Below are positions 9,055 to 17,607 of a stretch of DNA of 64,000 nucleotides, in pieces (positions within the stretch are counted from its first letter, which is position 1; every line of letters begins with the position of its first letter). Under the pieces are notes generated by a model. It did not search any database, had not been told where the DNA came from, and saw only the letters and a list, made by a program, of their open reading frames with translations. The DNA lies in assembly GCA_003539625.1 (NCBI GenBank), contig DPOU01000008.1:26041-90040 (forward strand). Direction: 5' to 3'. The translations under genes were made by a program, and so were the position numbers. The DNA is from Acholeplasmatales bacterium. GTDB taxonomy: Bacteria > Bacillota_I > Bacilli_A > ML615J-28 > CAG-313.

Positions 9055-10818
9055 ATGAAATGGGATTTAACTTATCATTTTAAAAATCAAGAAGAGTTTG
9101 AAAAAGCTTTAGAAGAAGTTAACCAAATGGTTGCTAAATTCGGCGAATATGAAGGTAAACTTAATAATGAGGAATCATTTGTTGAATATTGTTTACTATC
9201 AAAAAAATTTGAAGAAGATGCTTCTAGAGTATACCAATATGCATCTTTAAAAAGCGATTTAAATAAGAAAGATGTTGAAAATGCGGCAGCGCTAAATCGT
9301 TGTCAAATGGCTTTATATACATTATCAGAAGTAAGATCATTTGCTGACCCAGAAATATTATCAGTAGGTGAAGAAAAGATAATGGGCTTTATTAATAATC
9401 ATAAAGAAATAGAAGAAGTTAGATTTGCTATGCAAAAACTATTTAGAGGTAGCAAACATGTACTAGATGCTGGAAGTGAAAGATTGCTATCATTGTTTGC
9501 ACCAGTAACTTCATCAGGTGCCGATTTATATAGTGCACTTGCGGTAGGAGATAGTAAAGGTGTAGATGTAAAATTAAAGAATAAAGAAGTTGTTAGTGTA
9601 ACGCAAGGAAATTACATTTCTTTAATTGCAAATTCAAAAGAAGCAAGCGACCGTAAAAAAATATTTGAAGCTGTTTATAAAACATATGATGAACATAAAA
9701 ATACATACGCTACTATCTATAACAATGTATTACAAGATAATAAAGCAAATGCCAAAGCTCGCAATTATGAATCTGTATTAGAAAGCTTTTTATATGATAA
9801 CAATATACCTACTTCAGTATTTACTAACTTAATTGATGTTGCTGGAAATAATAATAAAGCTTTAAAGAAATACATCAAACTTAGAAAAAAAGCTTTAGGA
9901 TTAAAGACCTATCATACATATGATCGTTTCTTAGAATTAGCTCATTCTAATAAACAATATAGTTATGAAGATGCTAAAAATTTATTCTTTACTTCAATAA
10001 AAGATTTCCCAGAAGATTTCAAAGCAAAAGCTCACGAAGTATTAAGAGAAGGCTTTGTTGATGTTGAAGAAAGATTAGGAAAAAGAACTGGTGCATATTC
10101 ATCAAGTGTTGCTAATCTTCATCCATTTATTTTACTTAACTATGATAATACGCTAGACAGTGTATTCACAGTTGCTCATGAAGCAGGTCATTCAATTCAT
10201 TCAATGTATTCTGCTGAAACGCAACCTACAATGTTACAAGATTACACAATATTTGTTGCGGAAATAGCTTCAACATTTAATGAACATGCATTGTTAGATT
10301 ATTTCTTAACTCTTCCTAATGCAACAAAAGAAGAAAAAATAATGGTTATTCAAAAAGCAATTGATGAAATAGTTGGAACATTCTATCGTCAAACATTATT
10401 TGCTGAATATGAATATCTCGCAAATAAAGAAGTTGCCGAAAATAAACCAATTAACCATCAAGTATTATCACAAATTATGATTGATTTATATAAGAAGTAT
10501 TATGGATTAGATATAACTAAAGAAAACTTAAAACAATACGTTTGGGCATATATACCTCATCTATTCTATACACCATTCTATGTATATCAATATGCTACAT
10601 CTTTTGCCGCAAGTTTCAAACTTTATAAAGATGTAAAAGAAAATGTACCTGGTGCCTTTGAAAAATATACAAATTTACTAAAATCAGGGGGATCTAAATA
10701 CCCTGTAGAACAAGTAAAAGAAGCAGGTGTTGACTTCACTAAAAAAGATGCATATATGGCAGTTGTCGAACGTATGGAAACACTTGTTGATGAATTAGAA
10801 AAATTATTGGAGGAATAA
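9055..10818 (+). CDS. pepF: oligoendopeptidase F (M3B metallopeptidase)
   Basis: 587 aa. HEAGHSIH (HExxH) zinc site and typical PepF length and layout. Confidence 0.88.
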   Translation: MKWDLTYHFKNQEEFEKALEEVNQMVAKFGEYEGKLNNEESFVEYCLLSKKFEEDASRVYQYASLKSDLNKKDVENAAALNRCQMALYTLSEVRSFADPEILSVGEEKIMGFINNHKEIEEVRFAMQKLFRGSKHVLDAGSERLLSLFAPVTSSGADLYSALAVGDSKGVDVKLKNKEVVSVTQGNYISLIANSKEASDRKKIFEAVYKTYDEHKNTYATIYNNVLQDNKANAKARNYESVLESFLYDNNIPTSVFTNLIDVAGNNNKALKKYIKLRKKALGLKTYHTYDRFLELAHSNKQYSYEDAKNLFFTSIKDFPEDFKAKAHEVLREGFVDVEERLGKRTGAYSSSVANLHPFILLNYDNTLDSVFTVAHEAGHSIHSMYSAETQPTMLQDYTIFVAEIASTFNEHALLDYFLTLPNATKEEKIMVIQKAIDEIVGTFYRQTLFAEYEYLANKEVAENKPINHQVLSQIMIDLYKKYYGLDITKENLKQYVWAYIPHLFYTPFYVYQYATSFAASFKLYKDVKENVPGAFEKYTNLLKSGGSKYPVEQVKEAGVDFTKKDAYMAVVERMETLVDELEKLLEE

Positions 10819-10825
10819 AATAAAA

Positions 10826-12139
10826 ATGATTGAATTAGTATTGGCAATTATTACAATTGCGTTAGTAGTAATATCACTAACTTTAAATATAATCATACTA
10901 ATTAAAAATTCTCAAAAACAACATGTTAATACTAATCAAGATGAAAGCATAAAAGAAATTACCGGATTAATTAGTAAGGATTTAGATGATAAACTATCTA
11001 AGTTAAGAATCGAATTAAATACTAGTCTAAGTAATTTTCAATCATCATTATCAACAATGACAAAAAATGAATTCACTGGTCAAAATACTCAACAAAAACA
11101 AAATTTTGATAGTATGATTCAAAGTATTACTAGTAATTTAAAAACCTTTAATGATACATTATTAAATAATACAACCACAAGTGAAAATAAACTTGAAAAT
11201 ATTAGAACAACAGTTGAAAAATCAATTCAATCTCTTCAACAAGATAACAGTAAAAAATTAGATGAAATGCGTCAAGTTGTTGATGAAAAATTACAAAAGA
11301 CTTTAGATGATAAACTTGCTCAATCATTTGATATGGTAACCAAGAGCCTTCAAAAAGTTTATGAATCAATAGGTGAAATGCAAACCCTTGCTTCAAGCGT
11401 AGGCGATTTAAAGAAAGTATTAAGTAATGTAAAAACTAGAGGTATTTTGGGTGAAACTCAATTAGGCAATATTTTAGAACAAATTCTTTCAAGTGAACAA
11501 TATGACACAAATGTTGTAACTAAAAAAGGCTCAAAAGATCCAGTTGAATTTGCGATAAAAATGCCAGGTAAAGATAATAGTTTTATATATCTACCAATAG
11601 ATGCCAAATTCCCAATGGATACATATCAGACAGTTCTAGATGCATATGAGACTTCAAATAGTGATAATGTTAAGAGTGCCATAACAGCTTTAAATACTAA
11701 AATTAAAAAATTTGCTAAAGACATTCATGATAAATATATTGATGTACCAAATACAACTGATTTTGGTATAATGTTTTTGCCAATTGAAGGACTATATGCA
11801 GAAGTAGTAAAAAGTGGAGTAACCGAAACTTTACAACGCGATTACAAGATTGTTGTAGCAGGACCAACAACAATGGCAGCTTTATTAAATAGTTTGCAAA
11901 TGGGATTTAAGACTCTAGCAATTCAACAAAGATCACAAGAAGTTTGGAAGATATTAGGGGCTGTAAAAACTGAATTTGATAATTTTGAAGAAGTTTTAAC
12001 AAAGACCCAAGAACGAATTAACCAAGCATCTGATCAATTAGAAAAATTAGTTGGAACTAGAACTAGAAAGATTCAAAAACGTTTAGATGATGTTACAAAA
12101 TTAACTCAAGAAGAAGCAACAAAATTATTAGATGAATAA
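10826..12139 (+). CDS. rmuC: DNA recombination protein RmuC
   Basis: 437 aa. N-terminal TM, long coiled-coil, then RGILGETQLGNILE, YLPIDAKFP and MFLPIEGLY blocks. Confidence 0.85.
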   Translation: MIELVLAIITIALVVISLTLNIIILIKNSQKQHVNTNQDESIKEITGLISKDLDDKLSKLRIELNTSLSNFQSSLSTMTKNEFTGQNTQQKQNFDSMIQSITSNLKTFNDTLLNNTTTSENKLENIRTTVEKSIQSLQQDNSKKLDEMRQVVDEKLQKTLDDKLAQSFDMVTKSLQKVYESIGEMQTLASSVGDLKKVLSNVKTRGILGETQLGNILEQILSSEQYDTNVVTKKGSKDPVEFAIKMPGKDNSFIYLPIDAKFPMDTYQTVLDAYETSNSDNVKSAITALNTKIKKFAKDIHDKYIDVPNTTDFGIMFLPIEGLYAEVVKSGVTETLQRDYKIVVAGPTTMAALLNSLQMGFKTLAIQQRSQEVWKILGAVKTEFDNFEEVLTKTQERINQASDQLEKLVGTRTRKIQKRLDDVTKLTQEEATKLLDE

Positions 12140-12144
12140 TAAAT

Positions 12145-12183
12145 AAAGGTAGAATTCTTACAAAATAAATTCTACCTTTTTTT
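12145..12183 (+). terminator. rho-independent terminator
   Basis: 12-bp stem AAAGGTAGAATT / AATTCTACCTTT, then a T-run. Confidence 0.8.
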
Positions 12184-12287
12184 CATATTTATTAGTATAA
12201 TTGAAACTTAATAATTGGCGAATGCAACTTAGAGTTGCTTGATATTTGTAAATAATTGTAGTAGAATATTAGTGTAAGGAGGGAAAT

Positions 12288-12734
12288 ATGATAGATTTTT
12301 CAAAAGTTGGCAAAGTCATAATGACAAAAAGAAAAGAAAAAAACATGACACAAGATGACCTTGCTAGTCATTTGTATGTAACAAGACAATTGGTATCAAA
12401 ATGGGAAAAAGGAATTGGAGTTCCATCAATAGACGTATTGATAGAACTTACAAAACTATTTTCAATATCAATTGATGAATTACTGTGTCTAAATGAAACA
12501 ATTGAAATAGATGAATCAAATATATTTAGTGGCCATAATAGATTGTCTATTGTTGAAAACATTATAAATGCCAACATAAAAGTAAACTTACCAAACGTCT
12601 TCTATCAGTTTTCACCGACTGAAAGAATGATTGTATTAAAAGCTATAAAGGATAAAAGAATAGTTATAGACATTAATGAATTATATCCTAAACTTACACC
12701 CGGTGAACAATTATTTTTAACAAAGGAGTATTAG
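12288..12734 (+). CDS. XRE-family helix-turn-helix transcriptional regulator
   Basis: 148 aa. N-terminal HTH MTQDDLASHLYVTRQLVSKWEKG...IDELL. Confidence 0.75.
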   Translation: MIDFSKVGKVIMTKRKEKNMTQDDLASHLYVTRQLVSKWEKGIGVPSIDVLIELTKLFSISIDELLCLNETIEIDESNIFSGHNRLSIVENIINANIKVNLPNVFYQFSPTERMIVLKAIKDKRIVIDINELYPKLTPGEQLFLTKEY

Positions 12735-12735
12735 T

Positions 12736-13323
12736 ATGATATTAAAAAAAGTTATTGAAAATGATAAAGAAATATATGTGCCTATTAGTTTTGAAGAAGC
12801 AGTAAAAATACATGATAAAACACAACTAGTTTTTTCTAGTGAAGATGAAGAGGATGAATTTGAAGAATATTTGGATGAATTAGAAGAAGCAGAGGAAGAG
12901 GAAGAAGACGAAGAAGATGATGATGAAGATTTTTTTGATATAAATAATTTATTTTCAAAAGGAGAAAAAAAGAGTTCAAATATAATAGCGTTATTACCAT
13001 TTTTGAGTAGAGAAAAGTTATCAAAAATTGTTGATGGATATATCAACAAAGATCCTAAATATTCAAAGATTAATATAGTTTGTGTATTCCCATTTTTAGG
13101 AAGAGAGGAACTTGATAGATTATTTAAAACATTTGTAAATAACGAAGAATTAAATGACATGGTAACTAAAATTGTACCATTTGTTTCTAGTAGCACAATA
13201 AATGAATTCGTTGATGAATATGTTGAAGGTAAACATCAAAATATTAATATAAAGAAGTTATATCCATTTATGTCAAGAGAAGCTATTTCTAAATTATTCG
13301 ATTATTTAAGTGAAAAAGAATGA
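12736..13323 (+). CDS. acidic repeat protein, unknown function
   Basis: 195 aa. A ~45-aa Glu/Asp tract, then four copies of the PF[LVM][SG][RS]E-type repeat. ATG lies 1 nt after the XRE stop. Confidence 0.55.
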   Translation: MILKKVIENDKEIYVPISFEEAVKIHDKTQLVFSSEDEEDEFEEYLDELEEAEEEEEDEEDDDEDFFDINNLFSKGEKKSSNIIALLPFLSREKLSKIVDGYINKDPKYSKINIVCVFPFLGREELDRLFKTFVNNEELNDMVTKIVPFVSSSTINEFVDEYVEGKHQNINIKKLYPFMSREAISKLFDYLSEKE

Positions 13324-13361
13324 AAAAAAGCGGTTAGATATTTAAATATCTAACTGCTTTT
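13323..13361. terminator. bidirectional terminator between convergent genes
   Basis: A-run, stem GCGGTTAGATATTT / AAATATCTAACTGC, T-run. Confidence 0.75.
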
Positions 13362-13363
13362 AC

Positions 13364-13930
13364 TTATTTAGCTTTTTCTTCATCAGGTCTACGCATAATA
13401 GCTTCATTAAATGATAGTGGTATTGCAAGAACAATACAACATAAACAGCTAACAGCGTTATATGAACCATTATATACAAGTGATTCTGCAAAAGGAGTTG
13501 CCCAGTACCAAACACCAGATAAAGTTTGTGATAAAGTCTTTAATGCAAATCCAATAATTATACCAGTTACTATATATATGATTTTTAAAGTTTTACTTTC
13601 AGTAGTTTTATTGGCAAGAGCAGTAAGAGCACCTACAGCGCCTACTAATAAGTAAGGTATAACGTAATCTAACATTACTTGAACAGGGTGAATTAAGTAA
13701 CTAGATTTTGCCCATATTAATTGAATACTACCAACTAATAAACCACATAGCAAACCACCCTTAAAGTCATATTTGTATGCGGCAATAAGAATTGGAAGAC
13801 AAGCAATACTAATACTTCCACCATTAAGCCATGCAAAACTTAAGAAAGCTCCACATAATAAATCAAAAACTAGTCCTAGTGCAGCAAGAATACTTACTTC
13901 GACTATTAAGCGAATTGTGTTTTTTCTCAT
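13364..13930 (-). CDS. thiT: ECF-transporter S component for thiamine (ThiT)
   Basis: 188 aa, 6 TM helices. Sits directly downstream of a TPP riboswitch. Confidence 0.8.
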   Translation of the reverse strand: MRKNTIRLIVEVSILAALGLVFDLLCGAFLSFAWLNGGSISIACLPILIAAYKYDFKGGLLCGLLVGSIQLIWAKSSYLIHPVQVMLDYVIPYLLVGAVGALTALANKTTESKTLKIIYIVTGIIIGFALKTLSQTLSGVWYWATPFAESLVYNGSYNAVSCLCCIVLAIPLSFNEAIMRRPDEEKAK

Positions 13931-14096
13931 TTTAACCTCCTAAAAAACAAAAATTCTTTGGTCAATCCAAAGAACAGTGCCAAGAAATATGCAACATATT
14001 GCATACTATTCCCTACGCTAGCATTATCTAGATCAGGTTTTGGGTCGTTAACTAAATAACCTCTCAGCAGATGCTCCCCATTAGGATATCAATTCC
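13931..14096 (-). promoter_or_regulatory. TPP (THI-box) riboswitch with a terminator expression platform
   Basis: The minus strand reads GGGGAGCAUCUGCUGAGAG...ACCCAAAACCUGAUCUAGAUAAUGCUAGCGUAGGGA (aptamer about 14005-14086). The attenuator is stem TTCTTTGG / CCAAAGAA plus a U-run (13942-13974). A -10 TATAAT lies at 14103-14108 on the minus strand. Confidence 0.88.
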
Positions 14097-14117
14097 GCTA
14101 ACATTATACACTAATTA

Positions 14118-14150
14118 AAGAAAAAGATAAAGCAAGGCGCTTTATCTTTT
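14118..14150 (-). terminator. rho-independent terminator of the CHAP hydrolase gene
   Basis: Stem AGATAAAGC / GCTTTATCT with a T-run on the minus strand. Confidence 0.65.
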
Positions 14151-14156
14151 ATAATA

Positions 14157-15824
14157 TTAATCTACTTTTTGTTTTTCAGCAACTTCAGTCCACCAATATG
14201 TACCATCGGCTTTTTGGTCTTTAATCCAACTAAAATCTTCTCTTTCTTTTGAGTATTCAGGATATTTTGGATGAGCGTATCCAGTAATACGTGCATCATT
14301 TAATGACCAACGCTTAATTGCTACTTGGTCTGAAGTATTGCCTTCAATCGTATATAAATATTTATCATCAGCATAAATGGCTATACCAGTATGTGACATA
14401 CCACTACTTAAGAAAAATATAATATCACCAGTAACAGGTTTATAGTTTTCCGCATATTGTTTACTACTTACGCCACTTTCTAGAGCCTCAGTAAATGTAT
14501 AATCTTGAACGAAGTGCATAATACCTTTTTCAGTACACCATTTCATACCAGTGTAACAACCTTGATATTTACAAAGAATGTCATTAGTTAAACCTGCTTG
14601 ATACCAACACCAAGATACGAACATTGCACACCAAGGTGCACCATTATTAGGATACCATTCGCCATATTTTTGAATATTATCGCCCGTTTCATGAGTTCCG
14701 TTTTCTTCTAAAGCAACATGAATAAATCTACTAATATAATCAGCTTCACCAATACCAGATACATTTAGATAATAATGTACAACATTTTGTTTATCATTGT
14801 TTGGATAAGCATAAATAGAAACATATCCTTCAGAAACTGCAGTAACAACACCACCTTCTGATACAACTGCGACTTTGCTATTTGTTGAAACCCAAGTAAG
14901 GTTACGGTTGTTACTAGAAAGAGTATTTGTAAGTTGCATAGTTTCGCGAGCTTTCATTGAGCCATTTGGATTGGCGCCATAAATAACAAGATTTGTTTTA
15001 GCATTAACGATGGTTATTTTACAACTTGTAACAATTCTTGGATCTTTCTTAGATGTAAGAGTAACTGTTTCTGTACCATATCCTATAGCTTTTATAGAAT
15101 TATCAGAAGCAACTTCTAATATTTTATCACTACCAAATGTAATAGTATAATCAGAGACTGATTCTAATGAATCTTTAAAGTATAAGTAACTAATATCATC
15201 TTTAGCCATTCTTTCATAAGTTGTATAAACAGTAGGTGCTTTATCAATAACTTCAAAGTTAAATTCTATGAAATAATTAGGGTCTGAAATTAAGTATGCT
15301 TCAACATCAGTATTACCAACAGCTAAAGCTTGTATTCTACCATAATTGTCAATACTTATAATATCTTCATCATAAATGATAAATTCAAAATCACTTGGTT
15401 CATAATCTTTAAAATCTATATATGTTTGTTGACCTATTTCTAAGTAGTTAATATTAAGTACATATTTAATACCATCGCAAGTATTACATCTATCACATAT
15501 ATTTACATGATAAGTATCATCATATAACCAATCATGTCCAAGAGCAGGTATTTCCTTAAAAGTAGTATAATCACATCTAGAACAAGTATCATAAGCATTA
15601 TGTCCACTAGTTGTACAATTAGCTTCTACCTTTTCATGATGTACTAAATCATGTCCTAAAGGTTCTCCTTCAGTGTAACCACATTTTGTACATGTTTTAG
15701 GGGCAGTACAAGTTGCTGCAGCATATGTATGACTTGTACAAACCTGATTATTCTTTTTGCAACTAGTTAGTGTGCAAAAGCTAAAAACTAAAAAGATTGC
15801 TAAAAAGCAAATTTTTCTTTTCAT
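14157..15824 (-). CDS. lipoprotein peptidoglycan hydrolase: Cys-rich repeats + Big_2-like Ig domains + C-terminal CHAP domain
   Basis: Start taken at the second ATG, 7 nt after GGAGG. Lipobox LTSC. Big_2-like ALAVGNTDVEAY, AIGYGTETVTL and VTAVSEGYVSIYAY. CHAP Cys box GAPWCAMFVSWCW, His box MSHTGIAIY, and TIEGNTSD. Confidence 0.8.
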   Translation of the reverse strand: MKRKICFLAIFLVFSFCTLTSCKKNNQVCTSHTYAAATCTAPKTCTKCGYTEGEPLGHDLVHHEKVEANCTTSGHNAYDTCSRCDYTTFKEIPALGHDWLYDDTYHVNICDRCNTCDGIKYVLNINYLEIGQQTYIDFKDYEPSDFEFIIYDEDIISIDNYGRIQALAVGNTDVEAYLISDPNYFIEFNFEVIDKAPTVYTTYERMAKDDISYLYFKDSLESVSDYTITFGSDKILEVASDNSIKAIGYGTETVTLTSKKDPRIVTSCKITIVNAKTNLVIYGANPNGSMKARETMQLTNTLSSNNRNLTWVSTNSKVAVVSEGGVVTAVSEGYVSIYAYPNNDKQNVVHYYLNVSGIGEADYISRFIHVALEENGTHETGDNIQKYGEWYPNNGAPWCAMFVSWCWYQAGLTNDILCKYQGCYTGMKWCTEKGIMHFVQDYTFTEALESGVSSKQYAENYKPVTGDIIFFLSSGMSHTGIAIYADDKYLYTIEGNTSDQVAIKRWSLNDARITGYAHPKYPEYSKEREDFSWIKDQKADGTYWWTEVAEKQKVD

Positions 15825-15969
15825 AATTCCTCCAGTAATTTTCATTAATTGTTTCTACCACTATATTATATCAAAAAAATGTCTAAAAAACAAGATTATA
15901 TAGACTAGTTATAATGCAATTAAACAAAAAAAATTAAAAAATATTGTATAATAATTATGTGAGGTGTTA

Positions 15970-16761
15970 ATGATGAAAAAAATTTTAACATGGTTTTTAT
16001 TAATATTTACAATGCTTCTTGTTGGATGTACAGAAGAAGATAAAATCACTTTACCTGACTTAACAGGAAAGTCTAGAGATGAAATAACTGAAACACTAGA
16101 AAAAAGTAATATAAGCTATACTTTTAAATTTGCGGAAAAAATAATTAATTCGGATGATGAATTAGATAAATTTGTTTCATATGGACATGGATTACAAGTA
16201 GGCAGCAGTATAAGTAAAGATGAAAAAGTTGTAGTTTATACAACAGTATTACCACTTACTGAAAATCATACATCAGAGGTTAAAATAGATTTCGAATGGG
16301 AAAATAAAAGTTTCATTGAAGATGGGGTAGGTCAAGTTACTTTGAATTATTGTGTTGATGGTGATACCGCATCTTTTAGAGATATAAAGACTGGACAAAT
16401 AATTAAATTACGTTTTTTAGGAATAAACACTAGAGAAAGTACTATTGAAGAAGAACCTTGGGGTAAGGCCGCATCAGATTATGTTAAGGCAAGATTAAAA
16501 AATGCCAAAACAATAATACTTGATGCTAATGGTGCTACCAAAGATATTTACGGTAGATATCTTGGTTTAGTATGGGTAGATGGTATATTGCTTAATCTAG
16601 AAATAATTGATCAAGCATATAGTAATTCAACTCTTAGTATTTCAGATAGTCGTTATGGTGAAGTATTTATGAAAGCATCTATTGCGGCAAAAAAGACAGG
16701 ACGAAGATTTTTCGGTGAAATCGATCCTGATTATGACTATGAAAATAAACGTTTCAAGTAG
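15970..16761 (+). CDS. lipoprotein thermonuclease (SNase-like) with a small N-terminal PASTA-like domain
   Basis: Lipobox LVGC. LPDLTGKSRDEITETL resembles PASTA. SNase blocks VDGDTASFRD, LRFLGINTRES and GRYLGLVWVDG. Confidence 0.75.
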   Translation: MMKKILTWFLLIFTMLLVGCTEEDKITLPDLTGKSRDEITETLEKSNISYTFKFAEKIINSDDELDKFVSYGHGLQVGSSISKDEKVVVYTTVLPLTENHTSEVKIDFEWENKSFIEDGVGQVTLNYCVDGDTASFRDIKTGQIIKLRFLGINTRESTIEEEPWGKAASDYVKARLKNAKTIILDANGATKDIYGRYLGLVWVDGILLNLEIIDQAYSNSTLSISDSRYGEVFMKASIAAKKTGRRFFGEIDPDYDYENKRFK

Positions 16762-16767
16762 GTTAAG

Positions 16768-17409
16768 ATGAAATACACAACAATTATATTTGATTTAGAT
16801 GGAACGTTGTTAGATACATTAGAAGACTTAACAGATAGTGTAAATTATGCACTCAAAAAATATAATTACCCAACACATACAATAGATGAAGTAAGATATA
16901 TGGTAGGTAGTGGAATTAAGGTATTAATTGAAAGAGCAATACCCAAAGGTGCAACTAATTTCGATGAGGTCTATCAAGCTTTTCTAGATAATTATAAAAT
17001 AAATAGAACCAATAAAACCAAGCCATATCCAGAAGTTTTTGAAACACTAGAAACATTAAAAAAAATGAATGTGAAAATGGCAATTGTATCTAATAAATAT
17101 CAAGATGGAGTAACAGGAATTTGTAAACCAATATTTGGTAAATATATCGATGTTATGATTGGTGAAAAACCAGGTATTGCTAAAAAACCTAGTAAAGATA
17201 TGGTAATGTTAGCTATTAAAATGTTAGATGCTGATATAAATAAAACTATATATGTTGGTGATAGTGACATTGATATTTTTACCGCAAACAATTCTGGCAT
17301 TGATTGCATAGGTGCAAGTTGGGGATTTAGAGGAGAAGCATTTCTAAGAGAAATGAAAGCAACCTATATTGCCAAAAAATTTTCAGATATTATAGACATA
17401 GTAAAATAG
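16768..17409 (+). CDS. HAD-superfamily phosphatase (phosphoglycolate phosphatase / PpaX-like)
   Basis: 213 aa. Motif I IIFDLDGTLLDT, motif II VSNK, motif III/IV K...VGDSDIDI. Confidence 0.8.
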   Translation: MKYTTIIFDLDGTLLDTLEDLTDSVNYALKKYNYPTHTIDEVRYMVGSGIKVLIERAIPKGATNFDEVYQAFLDNYKINRTNKTKPYPEVFETLETLKKMNVKMAIVSNKYQDGVTGICKPIFGKYIDVMIGEKPGIAKKPSKDMVMLAIKMLDADINKTIYVGDSDIDIFTANNSGIDCIGASWGFRGEAFLREMKATYIAKKFSDIIDIVK

Positions 17410-17427
17410 CCAAATAGGCTATTTCAG

Positions 17428-17463
17428 ACTGTTGACAAACTTTTGTTTGTCAACAGTATTTTT
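17428..17463 (+). terminator. rho-independent terminator
   Basis: 13-bp stem ACTGTTGACAAAC / GTTTGTCAACAGT, then ATTTTT. Confidence 0.8.
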
Positions 17464-17607
17464 ATGTAGGTATACTTAATTGAAGCATTTATTTTGTAAG
17501 CTAAGTTTAAAAATATAAATGTCATTATATATATATTAAAAACACATAAATTATTGCTTTTTTAAAAAAATATGCTATAATATACTCATAGAAAAGAGGA
17601 ACTAAAA

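Noticed and set aside
12717-13196. 159-aa minus-strand ORF with a poly-Ser run (and 12836-13024).
   Set aside because: The poly-Ser tract is just the reverse complement of the GAA/GAT (Glu/Asp) tract of the + strand gene. There is no independent signal.
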